Source: a virus (taxonomy: Duplodnaviria > Caudoviricetes). Taken from it: a stretch of DNA of 64,000 bases. The stretch's first letter is position 1; each line of letters starts with the position of its first letter. Below the pieces are notes generated by a model, which was given only the letters and a program-made list of their open reading frames with translations, was not told the origin of the DNA and did no database searches. Below are positions 30,469 to 38,773 of the stretch, piece after piece. The position numbers were made by a program, and so were the translations under genes. The stretch is from IMG/VR virus record IMGVR_UViG_3300021256_000066, positions 32,001 through 96,000 of that record; one strand, 5' to 3'.

Positions 30469-30478
30469 TAGAAAGAAT

Positions 30479-30628
30479 ATGGAAGAGAAGAGAAGACGGG
30501 GGCGGCCTGTGACGCCCTACAAGGTGGGCGTGATGGTTCGCGTGACACCGGAGGCTGCGGAAATCCTGAAACGGCAGCCGAACCAGAGCGAGTTTATCGA
30601 CGAGCTGATCAAAAAGTCTGGAAAGTAA
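30479..30628 (+). CDS. Small DNA-binding protein (RRGRP plus RHH-like)
   Basis: MEEKRRRGRP...VRVTPEAAEILKRQPNQSEFIDELIK. Confidence 0.6.
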   Translation: MEEKRRRGRPVTPYKVGVMVRVTPEAAEILKRQPNQSEFIDELIKKSGK

Positions 30629-30657
30629 TTCATCTGTTAATTTAAAATTTTGGCGAT

Positions 30658-31098
30658 ATGAAAAAGAATTTGTTTTTTGTGTGTATGATGGTGGCCATGA
30701 TGGCCGCAAGTGTAGGACTGGGCGGCTGCTCGAAGAGTGACAGCGACAATGTAATCCCAGGCGGATATGTGGGAACATGGACGTGTGACGAATATTGTCC
30801 ATCCGACAACATGAACCTGGAGGTGGCAATGTATGAGGAGGACGGTTGGCCCCCGACTACGGTGACAATCAACGGTGACGGATCATGCAGCGGCAGCGGA
30901 CTGGTAATCAACGGCAACGGCACGTGCTCCATCAAAACTGGGAACAAATGGGAGGACGGCTATTGGGCGATTATTACCTTCTACCAGAACGGCAAGATGG
31001 TGAGCACGGCGACGGTGAAAACCTATACAAACGACCACAGAACTGGCTATGTGGCACTGCAGGGATATCCGGACAAGTTATTCATCTTTACCAAATGA
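30658..31098 (+). CDS. Lipoprotein
   Basis: Signal peptide with lipobox GLGGC-SKSDSD. Confidence 0.8.
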   Translation: MKKNLFFVCMMVAMMAASVGLGGCSKSDSDNVIPGGYVGTWTCDEYCPSDNMNLEVAMYEEDGWPPTTVTINGDGSCSGSGLVINGNGTCSIKTGNKWEDGYWAIITFYQNGKMVSTATVKTYTNDHRTGYVALQGYPDKLFIFTK

Positions 31099-31112
31099 TT
31101 GTTTGCAGAATT

Positions 31113-31150
31113 AAAAGAGAGCGGGGCTATTGAGGGCCTCGCTCTTTTTT
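31113..31150. terminator. Bidirectional intrinsic terminator
   Basis: AAAAGAGAGCGGGGC...GCCTCGCTCTTTTTT. Confidence 0.7.
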
Positions 31151-31284
31151 GAGAGTCTTGCCGACGGTTGGTATCATCGTCGGAATGGTTCCATGAGTTA
31201 GCTTGCGCTGACTCAAAAGTTCACTTGATTTTATTAACACGTCGCATCACTGCGATTTGGGGTTAGTCGGATGACCATTGATAT

Positions 31285-31842
31285 TTATGGTATCATAATG
31301 ACTATTGATTTATGACAATTCGGACATTCGTACATGGGATTTTTCTCTCCACTTCTTCCGTCAGGAATCCCTTTTTCTTTATCACAATAATGTATAACCG
31401 CACCTAATTTAACAGGAAAGCGTTGACCACAATTAGGGCATGATATATTGTGAGTTCTTCCCCATACAACTCTCCCGTAATTAGCCATCTCTCCTCTAAA
31501 TATATTTTCCGTGTCTTTTCTTGAGTTTAATGTAGGATTAAGATCTTTGATAAAACGAGATTCAGACCTTCTTAAAAACTCATTGTTTGGATGATCAAGA
31601 GCATACACATCAAAACTTTTGTTCTTATTAAATGCTTCTTGAATTTTTTTAGCTTTATATTTGCCGTTTCTTAGAGCGGAAACATATTGGCTGAACCTTC
31701 TGTGTATGTTTTTTGCAGACCCGACGTATGAATCATCTCCAATCATTATCAAATAAACAATATTGAGCGACCGCGACAAAGACCATTTTATTTCTCCGTC
31801 ACGGAACTCACCAATCTTTTCGTACTTGCTGACATCTATCAT
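31285..31842 (-). CDS. GIY-YIG nuclease with C-terminal zinc ribbons
   Basis: IVYLIMIGDDSYVGSAKNIHRRFSQY...ESRFIKDLNPTLN; CPNCG and CPNCH. Confidence 0.8.
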   Translation of the reverse strand: MIDVSKYEKIGEFRDGEIKWSLSRSLNIVYLIMIGDDSYVGSAKNIHRRFSQYVSALRNGKYKAKKIQEAFNKNKSFDVYALDHPNNEFLRRSESRFIKDLNPTLNSRKDTENIFRGEMANYGRVVWGRTHNISCPNCGQRFPVKLGAVIHYCDKEKGIPDGRSGEKNPMYECPNCHKSIVIMIP

Positions 31843-32126
31843 TGCTCTACCTTTATCTTAATGGTATTGCCACACTTATCACACTTAATAGTCAGTTCAT
31901 CCTTGGGCAGTGTTTCTTCTTGAATATAGCCAATACCTTCTGGAGCAAACAGCTGCCAGAACTCTACGTCAAGTGCTTCGGCAATACGCTCAAAAACAGC
32001 CATCGAAGCTGTATATCGGCCACTTATGGTATTATTCAGTTGCTGAATCGACATATCCAGTTTCTCGGCCAATTCTTTCTGCGTCATGCCCTTTTGTTTA
32101 ATGATTGATTTTATTTGTAAGTTCAT
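31839..32126 (-). CDS. XRE-family HTH regulator
   Basis: IKQKGMTQKELAEKLDMS...IAEALDVEFWQLF, C-terminal CDKCG. Confidence 0.88.
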   Translation of the reverse strand: MNLQIKSIIKQKGMTQKELAEKLDMSIQQLNNTISGRYTASMAVFERIAEALDVEFWQLFAPEGIGYIQEETLPKDELTIKCDKCGNTIKIKVEQ

Positions 32127-32298
32127 ATAAATCCGTCTTATTTAAATTTGCTGGTGCAAAGTTAATGCTTTTTTCTAATTAAATATATTCTATTTAGTTA
32201 AATAGCCTTAAATAAATAGACTTTATTTATTATTTTCTTGTAAGTTACATTTATTTTATGTACTTTTGCATTATCAAACAATAAAATAAATAAACGAC

Positions 32299-32589
32299 AT
32301 GAATAAATTCAAGAAATTGCTGGATGACCAGCAGAAGATTAACGAGGCGGTGAAGGCAATCTTCAACCTGTTCACGGACTGCCCCTACGCTTCGTATGTC
32401 GAAGGGATGGCTGAAGCCCAGACGCAGATTATAGGACTGATGGAAATGGCAAAGCAGCAGGCGGCCATTCACGAGGCCAGCGAAGAAATCCAAACCAACG
32501 AGATCACCATGTTCCTGATGGATATGAGCTCTTTCTTTAAGGTTCTTCGCCCGTTTGCGGATATGCTCAACGAATCAGGCAAAGATTAA
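32299..32589 (+). CDS. Hypothetical protein
   Basis: 96 aa, divergent from the HTH gene. Confidence 0.7.
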   Translation: MNKFKKLLDDQQKINEAVKAIFNLFTDCPYASYVEGMAEAQTQIIGLMEMAKQQAAIHEASEEIQTNEITMFLMDMSSFFKVLRPFADMLNESGKD

Positions 32590-32612
32590 GACGATATAAT
32601 ATATAAAGGTAT

Positions 32613-33332
32613 ATGAGACATTTCAATTTCGAGACGAATATCCAGGAACGGATGCCGCAGACGGGCAAGGTGTTCTTCGTGAAGCGCATGACCGCCGACT
32701 ATGCGGAGTGCTATCCCTTCGACGTGGACGGATTCATTGAGGACATCTATCAGAAGTATCAGCAGGTGGCCGCCGACGATCCGAGACTGGCAGCGTGGGC
32801 AAAGACCCGCGATGAACTGCGCCGTCAGTGGGTGAAGACACTGAGCGTGACTCGCAAGAGCGGTGACGCGACGATCTACCCGAATCGCGACGGACGGCAG
32901 GAGCCTGCGCTGATGGAGGTGTGGCAGAAGGCTGGAGACTACTGGGCTCGCGGACTGCGCATCGGTGACACACTGCCGCAGATTGTGCCGCCGTGCAGGA
33001 TTACGCGCTTGCCTGAAGGCGGCTGGATTGCGCTGTTCCCGAATGAAATGCACTTGTTAGAGAGTCGCTCGGAAATCACGGAGCCGACGGAAACGGCTCT
33101 GGCGTTCGACGAGCCACAGACTGACGACGAATCTACTCTCCCCAAGATAGATGGCGGTGACGGCATGGAGCGCGAGGCTCTGGAGGCCGAGGAAGCTGCA
33201 CGCGATGAAGAGCGTCGTAAGATTTTTGCGGCTGTCGGTGCGGTGGCCGTGACGGCAGTGATGATCTATTTCTTCGGGCTACTCGGTCCGGCGGTGTTCG
33301 GCCTGCTCTGCGGCGGTCTGCTGAAAGGATGA
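32613..33332 (+). CDS. Hypothetical protein with C-terminal membrane anchor
   Basis: 239 aa; hydrophobic C-terminus. Confidence 0.7.
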   Translation: MRHFNFETNIQERMPQTGKVFFVKRMTADYAECYPFDVDGFIEDIYQKYQQVAADDPRLAAWAKTRDELRRQWVKTLSVTRKSGDATIYPNRDGRQEPALMEVWQKAGDYWARGLRIGDTLPQIVPPCRITRLPEGGWIALFPNEMHLLESRSEITEPTETALAFDEPQTDDESTLPKIDGGDGMEREALEAEEAARDEERRKIFAAVGAVAVTAVMIYFFGLLGPAVFGLLCGGLLKG

Positions 33333-33341
33333 AGACAGTGA

Positions 33342-33430
33342 CAAGAAATCAAGAAAACAAGAAATCAACGTTTCAGCATTTGCGCCAAGCAACGTTTCTT
33401 GATTTCTTGCAATCGAACAAGAAAACAATG
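33342..33430. repeat. parS/centromere-like 8-bp repeats (CAAGAAAT/CAAGAAAA), upstream cluster
   Basis: CAAGAAATCAAGAAAACAAGAAATCAA plus inverted TTTCTTGATTTCTTG. Confidence 0.6.
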
Positions 33431-33453
33431 TTTAATTCAAAATATCAAGCAAG

Positions 33454-34302
33454 ATGGAAACAAAACAAAATTCAAATCAATCTGTCAATCAAATAAGATT
33501 GAAAGAAGTATTGGCAATCGTAAATCAGAAAGGTGGTGTAGGCAAGACCACCACCGTACAAAGTCTGGCTGTAGCCTTGATGCGACACTGCAAGTCGTTG
33601 CACATACTGGTTATTGACCTTGATCCGCAGGGCGACCTGTCGAAGCTGATGCACTGGGACGCCGAGTTTGGTGACAGACCGACTGTGACGGATGCCCTGG
33701 CCGACGAGCGTGGCATGCTGCCTATCTACAAGAGTGACCGAGGTGTGTATTACGTCCCGTCATCGAAGGATCTGCAGAACATCGAGCCGAAGATGATGGA
33801 CCAGATGAAGTATATCCACCCCTACCTGCTGCTGCGTCAGCGGCTGTTGGGCAAGATTGAAGACTGCACGGGCGAAGGTATCACAAGCATCCCTGAGTGG
33901 TTCGACTACGTGCTGATAGACTGCTCGCCCGCTCTGTCGATGTGTACCTATAATGCGATGGGTGCTGCCAGTGGCTTGCTTATACCCGTCCAGATGGAGG
34001 GTTTGTCGGTAGATGGCATTGGCTCTATCGTGGTGGAGATGGCTCAGATGCAGCAGGGACTGAACCCGCAGTTGCAGTTGCGTGGCTTGTTGCCTGTGAT
34101 GGTCGATGCCCGTCCAAACATCGTGAAGGGCTTTATCTCCTACCTGCGCACGGCCTACGGTGACAATGTGACGCAGACCACTATCCCCCGTTCGGTGAAG
34201 GTGAACGAGGCACAGACGAAGAAGCAGGACATCTATGAGTATAAGCAATGGAGCCCTGCGGCTTGCGCCTATGAGAGTCTGGTGAAGGAGTTGTTTGATT
34301 GA
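33454..34302 (+). CDS. parA: ParA/Soj partition ATPase
   Basis: NQKGGVGKTTT Walker A, IDLDPQG, DYVLIDCSP. Confidence 0.95.
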   Translation: METKQNSNQSVNQIRLKEVLAIVNQKGGVGKTTTVQSLAVALMRHCKSLHILVIDLDPQGDLSKLMHWDAEFGDRPTVTDALADERGMLPIYKSDRGVYYVPSSKDLQNIEPKMMDQMKYIHPYLLLRQRLLGKIEDCTGEGITSIPEWFDYVLIDCSPALSMCTYNAMGAASGLLIPVQMEGLSVDGIGSIVVEMAQMQQGLNPQLQLRGLLPVMVDARPNIVKGFISYLRTAYGDNVTQTTIPRSVKVNEAQTKKQDIYEYKQWSPAACAYESLVKELFD

Positions 34303-34356
34303 TCGACGGGAAAAGCGATGATGAAGTTGATTGCCTGAATGAAAGAAATGCGCTTT

Positions 34357-34445
34357 TCAAGAAAACAACATTTCTTTCAAGCAATATTTCAACATTTCAA
34401 GAAAACAAGAAATCAAGAAACAAAACTATCAATCAAGTATTCAAT
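34357..34445. repeat. parS/centromere-like 8-bp repeats, downstream cluster
   Basis: TCAAGAAAACAA...TCAAGAAAACAAGAAATCAAGAAACAA. Confidence 0.6.
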
Positions 34446-34465
34446 CAATTTAAATTGTAATCAAT

Positions 34466-34849
34466 ATGGCAAACAAGAATGAAACCAAGAAAGAAAACCA
34501 GTGGGACTTCCAGAAGATGCAGGAGTCGCTGGTGAGAGACCACGAGAAGAAGATTACTCAGGGTTTTGAGCATATCAAGAGTGGAAAGAGTGGGGCAGAG
34601 TTGTCTGTGGCTTCGGAGCCCGCACCGCAGGCACCTGTGCCGGGAGTGGCAAACCATCAGGCGCAGGAGGCAAGCAGACCCCATGAGAAGGTACAGGAAC
34701 CGACGAAGGGTGTGCAGACGTATATCCCGATGTCGCAGTACATCAGACTGAACAACATCCGTGCCGTGCGCGGTGAGACCATCGGCAACCTCGTGGCGCA
34801 GTCGATCGCCCTCTGGCTCGATGTGCAGGAGGGGAAGAGCAAGCCATAA
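34466..34849 (+). CDS. Putative partition partner (C-terminal RHH-like)
   Basis: Directly after parA; disordered N-terminus then VQTYIPMSQYIRLNNI...IGNLVAQSIALWL. Confidence 0.6.
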   Translation: MANKNETKKENQWDFQKMQESLVRDHEKKITQGFEHIKSGKSGAELSVASEPAPQAPVPGVANHQAQEASRPHEKVQEPTKGVQTYIPMSQYIRLNNIRAVRGETIGNLVAQSIALWLDVQEGKSKP

Positions 34850-34854
34850 CTCTA

Positions 34855-35168
34855 AATCGGTTACGCTATGACCGCGACGGAAGTGTACCTAAACTCCCAA
34901 TCGGTTACACTAAACACGGCTGAAAGGCCGATGGGCAGGGAGAATCGGGTGCGCTATAAGTCAAGACAAGACACCATCTTTATACGCTTTATAGAAAAAG
35001 AGAGAAAGCAGAGATTTCATTACATGGTATATTGTCTTACGGAAAACAGAAATGCCGACAAACAAAGGGTTTCAAGGGCGAGAAGTGTAACCAATCGGGA
35101 GTTGTGGTACACCTTTGCGGGAGTTTAGCGACACCCGCAAGTGTAACCAATCGGGAGTATAAGTACAC
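34855..35168. repeat. Iteron-like repeats / putative replication origin
   Basis: AAGTGTAACCAATCGGGAGT at 35083 and 35139; inverted ACTCCCAATCGGTTACACT at 34893; further GGGAGT..TACAC half-copies. Confidence 0.7.
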
Positions 35169-35184
35169 ATTTTATATATTATAT

Positions 35185-36450
35185 ATGGCACAACAGACAG
35201 ACAGACAGCAGCAGATGGCACTGGCACAGCAGATGGTGAGTCAGCGGGCTTGGGTGAAGACCCCGTGGAAATATACCACGCTGGGCACGGGGCTCTCGCT
35301 GGTGCAGCAACAGGCATTGCTCATGGTCAGCGAACACCTGCAGGGCTATATCCACAAGTTCTTCGACCTAAAGCTCGACAAGGCGCACGGCAAGCCGAAG
35401 TCGCTCTTTACAGACTACGTGCTGGAACAGGGCATCCCGCCGTTCCGCATCTACCTGCAAGACCTCGGCGTGCAGCCGAACCACTACAAGGAGACGCGGC
35501 GGGTGATTGAGGAAATCAACCTGAAGGTGGAGCACCCGGAGTTTGACGAGGACGGACGGCCTACGGGCAAGACCACGCTGACCAACGTCTTTTCGCAGTT
35601 CGGCTTTGAGGACACGGGCGACTACTACCACTTTACCGACGATGACGGCAAGCGCCAGCCGGTGATGATGAAGCAGCCGTATATCGATGTCAAGATCAAT
35701 CCCGACGTGGCGATGTGGGCGTTCGATATGTCACAGGGCTACGTGAGCCACCTGAAGATGATTGCACTCTATGCCACCAAGCGGCCTACACCGCGTGTCT
35801 ATCTGCTGCTGATGCGCGAACTAAAGCGCGACCAGGCGAGAGCCGACATCCGCATACCGCTGTCGGAGCTGAAGGAATATCTGGGCATCGTGCCATATAC
35901 CGACCGCAAGACGGGCGAGGTGATTACTCCCTATCCGATGTTCCGCTCGTTCAGGCAGAAGGTGCTCGATGCCGTGCAGCAGGACTTGCAGCGCATGGCA
36001 CGGGAGGTGCCGCCGCAGACCGACATCACCTTCACCTACGACCTGTGCTACCCCGGACGGCGCAAAATGGGCGACCCCGACGCGATACTCTTCCACGTGG
36101 AGCGCACCAGCCTGGGCATGGCCTACGGCATCGTGGTGAGCAAGGCGCGGTTGCCGGTAGAGCCGGATATGTTCGCCACCGACCCGCAGCAGCAGCCGTA
36201 TCGTGACGCTTTCGGACGGATGATGGCCGAACTGCTCGCCGTGGCTAAGACGGAACAGGCTCGCGAGGTGTTCCAGTCGCTGCGCTTCGAGCACTATGAC
36301 GAAGCAAGGCATACCGTGCTGGTGAAACTGACCGACAAGCGGCACTACGACTTCCTGGAGAGTGCCGCCGTGCGTCCGCATTACCTCGCTGCCCTGCGAC
36401 GGCACTTCAGCGACGATGCCGTGCCGCTGTATCGGTTGCCGAAGGACTGA
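35185..36450 (+). CDS. Plasmid-type replication initiator (Rep_3/RepB-like)
   Basis: KTPWKYTTLG..LSLVQQQALL, RVYLLL, IPLSELKEYLG, YPMFRSFRQKVLD, DITFTY; next to iterons and parA. Confidence 0.8.
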   Translation: MAQQTDRQQQMALAQQMVSQRAWVKTPWKYTTLGTGLSLVQQQALLMVSEHLQGYIHKFFDLKLDKAHGKPKSLFTDYVLEQGIPPFRIYLQDLGVQPNHYKETRRVIEEINLKVEHPEFDEDGRPTGKTTLTNVFSQFGFEDTGDYYHFTDDDGKRQPVMMKQPYIDVKINPDVAMWAFDMSQGYVSHLKMIALYATKRPTPRVYLLLMRELKRDQARADIRIPLSELKEYLGIVPYTDRKTGEVITPYPMFRSFRQKVLDAVQQDLQRMAREVPPQTDITFTYDLCYPGRRKMGDPDAILFHVERTSLGMAYGIVVSKARLPVEPDMFATDPQQQPYRDAFGRMMAELLAVAKTEQAREVFQSLRFEHYDEARHTVLVKLTDKRHYDFLESAAVRPHYLAALRRHFSDDAVPLYRLPKD

Positions 36451-36467
36451 GGCGCATCATTTTGCGG

Positions 36468-36510
36468 TGGTGACGAAAACTATCCCTCACGGGATGACTT
36501 TCGTCACGAC
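36468..36510 (+). terminator. Hairpin after rep gene
   Basis: GTGACGAAA..ATCCC-TCAC-GGGAT..TTTCGTCAC. Confidence 0.45.
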
Positions 36511-36606
36511 TCGGCAGAGCTGATGCGGGCATCGCTCTGCGCTCGCTGCTCCGAAAGTTGTCCCATTTTTTATTTTCTTAATATTACCTTTGCCAAAGAA
36601 AGATTT

Positions 36607-37344
36607 ATGAAACCGATTTTTGATATGAACAAGACAAAGCAACTATTACGCGACATCGCGGCCATCTGGCGTCGGCGATGGGAACACACGAACTGGACGG
36701 CGGCGCTGACATGGGTCGTGGGCGGCATCCTGACGGCGGCTGCCTACGTGCTGGTCGTGTCGGTCATCATGGGCATGCTCAGTTCGTGCGCCACGAAAAA
36801 GGAACTCCACGAGCATCACCAGCACACCGTCAGTGCCGACACGCTGGCCCAGGAGGCCCGTCACGACAGTCACACCAGCCATACGACCGCCAACATCGAC
36901 TCGCTCGTAACGGCCTCCGTCTGGGCGGCGATGCAGGAGTTCGTGGCGCAGGAAAAGAGCATGGAGACCACCACTGAGACGATCACGACCTGGGTGGACT
37001 CGCTCGGAAGGGAGATGCGGCAGGAACAGCGCACCACGCAGCGCGAGCTCTCGCGGCAGGAACAGCAGCGCTGGCAGCAGACCGAGGCACGCTGGCAGAA
37101 CGAGCTCCACCAGACGCTGCGGCAGATGGACTCAACGTGGAGCGACCGCATCAGCCGCTTCGAGAGCCACCTGCGCGACTCGCTCAACCACGAACTCAGC
37201 AAGCAGACCGAGACCAGCGGCGCACCCGCCCTCACGTGGTGGCAGCGAATGTGGCAGTGGCTCAAAGGCATCCTCGCGGGTGTCGCCATCTGTGGCGCCC
37301 TCTATCTTACCCGCCGTTTCTGGCAGCCTCTCATCAAACGGTAA
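36607..37344 (+). CDS. Lipoprotein with C-terminal TM helix (unimolecular spanin-like)
   Basis: Lipobox-like MLSSC-ATKK, coiled coil, LTWWQR..WLKGILAGVAICGALYL; preceded by the GTCCCA/-7 promoter. Confidence 0.55.
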   Translation: MKPIFDMNKTKQLLRDIAAIWRRRWEHTNWTAALTWVVGGILTAAAYVLVVSVIMGMLSSCATKKELHEHHQHTVSADTLAQEARHDSHTSHTTANIDSLVTASVWAAMQEFVAQEKSMETTTETITTWVDSLGREMRQEQRTTQRELSRQEQQRWQQTEARWQNELHQTLRQMDSTWSDRISRFESHLRDSLNHELSKQTETSGAPALTWWQRMWQWLKGILAGVAICGALYLTRRFWQPLIKR

Positions 37345-37349
37345 CGGCG

Positions 37350-37586
37350 ATGAATAACATGCACGGACACAGGCGCATCCAGTGGACCGACGAGCAGCTG
37401 GACTACATGCGCAAGCACTTCCCGACGGAGCCTGCGTGCGACATCGCCGACGTGCTCGGGTGCAGCAGCGCCACGGTGAGCAACCTCGCACGCAGCATGG
37501 GACTGAAGAAGTCGCCCGACTTCAAGGTGAGTAACTACACGAACCGCTACGTGCAGCGCGGCGGGGTCGTCAGAAAGGTGGAATAA
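37350..37586 (+). CDS. Small HTH protein
   Basis: WTDEQLDYMRKHFP...DIADVLGCSSATVSNLARSMGLKK. Confidence 0.7.
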   Translation: MNNMHGHRRIQWTDEQLDYMRKHFPTEPACDIADVLGCSSATVSNLARSMGLKKSPDFKVSNYTNRYVQRGGVVRKVE

Positions 37587-37621
37587 TCTATACACTTCTT
37601 TTGAATTTTATATAAGGCGAT

Positions 37622-37951
37622 ATGAAACAGACGACGGAAACAAATTACAAGCATTTCTACACCAAGGGCAACACCGACTACTTCATCACGAAGGAGGGCA
37701 CGGTGCTGAGCGCAAGCGACCCTGACAGCGACCCGCAGACGTGGCGCGAGATAGCCACCTATAACGGCAAGGGCTACCGCCGCGTCAGGCTGCAGGGTAA
37801 GACGTTCAAGGTACACCGCCTCGTGGCAGAGGCCTTCGTGCCGAACCCCTACAGCCTGCCAAACGTGCTCCACAAGGACGGCGATCGTGAGAACAATCAC
37901 TACACCAACCTGGAGTGGAGCTCACGCCAGAGTAATCATCCACGAGCATGA
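37622..37951 (+). CDS. HNH endonuclease (HNH_3 type)
   Basis: VHRLVAEAFVPNP...VLHKDGDRENNHYTNLEW. Confidence 0.9.
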   Translation: MKQTTETNYKHFYTKGNTDYFITKEGTVLSASDPDSDPQTWREIATYNGKGYRRVRLQGKTFKVHRLVAEAFVPNPYSLPNVLHKDGDRENNHYTNLEWSSRQSNHPRA

Positions 37952-38097
37952 CTGACCGACCGATGATACTGGGGCGGTACAGCCCGAGCCAGAACGGCAT
38001 AGTGGTAAGTCCATCGGGGATTGCCCTGTGCCTTGCATGGGGGGGTAACGGGCACGACACCGATAAACCGAAAATACTGATAGAGTATGATATTTAG
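37948..38097 (+). CDS. MTase variable-region-like module 1 (G7 at 38039-38045, in frame)
   Basis: MTDRPMILGRYSPSQNGIVVSPSGIALCLAWGGNGHDTDKPKILIEYDI. Confidence 0.7.
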   Translation: MTDRPMILGRYSPSQNGIVVSPSGIALCLAWGGNGHDTDKPKILIEYDI

Positions 38098-38275
38098 AGT
38101 GACCAATACTGCGCAGCCGAAGCCGATACGGGGGGGGCAAATCAGAGCAGTCAACACGACGGGCGACCTGTGTGCCGCCACGCTTACCACGAGATACGAT
38201 GCCGTCGGCCCTACGAATATAATTACGCTGGCACACTATCCGATGACCGTAATACTGATAGAGTATGAAATGTAG
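38087..38275 (+). CDS. Module 2 (G8 at 38130-38137, in frame)
   Basis: KPIRGG..VNT..ATLTTRYD..TLAHYPMTVILIEYEM; paralog of module 12. Confidence 0.7.
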   Translation: MIFRVTNTAQPKPIRGGQIRAVNTTGDLCAATLTTRYDAVGPTNIITLAHYPMTVILIEYEM

Positions 38276-38418
38276 TGGAATAATAAGAATAGGCAACCTC
38301 TTCTACGACAGTTTCCGCAGTGGATTCGACGGAAACGTTCAGGGCTGTATGGGTGTCACTCAGACGGTCTTGGCTGCCAACGGGGGGGGTATATCTTGGT
38401 AGAATATGACAACCTATA
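38265..38418 (+). pseudogene. Module 3 (G8 at 38382-38389, frameshifted; G9 restores YILVEYD end)
   Basis: MKCSGIIRIGNLFYDSFRSGFDGNVQGCMGVTQTVLAANGGG, then premature TAG. Confidence 0.65.
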
Positions 38419-38588
38419 AGGCAATCGGCTGGACGCGCAGCGGCAACGGCAGGGGCGATGTGGACCGCTACCACCTCCGCGACATCTCCAACACCATCAC
38501 CTCGTTCTGTGGGGGGGGTATTGGGAAGGATTCTGCCACCGGCATGTATAACACCACACCGTATATACTCGTAGAATATGAACTATAA
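38406..38588 (+). CDS. Module 4 (G8 at 38511-38518, in frame)
   Basis: DISNTITSFCGGG...NTTPYILVEYEL. Confidence 0.7.
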   Translation: MTTYKAIGWTRSGNGRGDVDRYHLRDISNTITSFCGGGIGKDSATGMYNTTPYILVEYEL

Positions 38589-38773
38589 CAACTCGCGACT
38601 GAACGCGATGATCATGGGGGGGGCAATGGGAGCCGAACTACCACGGCGAGATGCTCGACACCTACAACCAGCAGGCACACCGCCACACGGCGATCACCAT
38701 ACTGGCAGGCATATCGTCGCGCAACCACTACTTCGTGTGTGAAGAACGTTTACCATCAAAACTTAGAAAATAT
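38578..38773 (+). pseudogene. Module 5, continuous with the MTase frame but frameshifted at G8 (38616-38623)
   Basis: With G7 or G10: MNYNNSRLNAMIMGGQWEPNYHGEMLDTYNQQAH...NHYFV continuing into the MTase. Confidence 0.65.

Noticed and set aside
37622-37951. HNH as the cognate restriction enzyme of the MTase
   Set aside because: It looks like a common small phage HNH_3 protein; adjacency alone is insufficient, although its stop overlaps the ATG of module 1.
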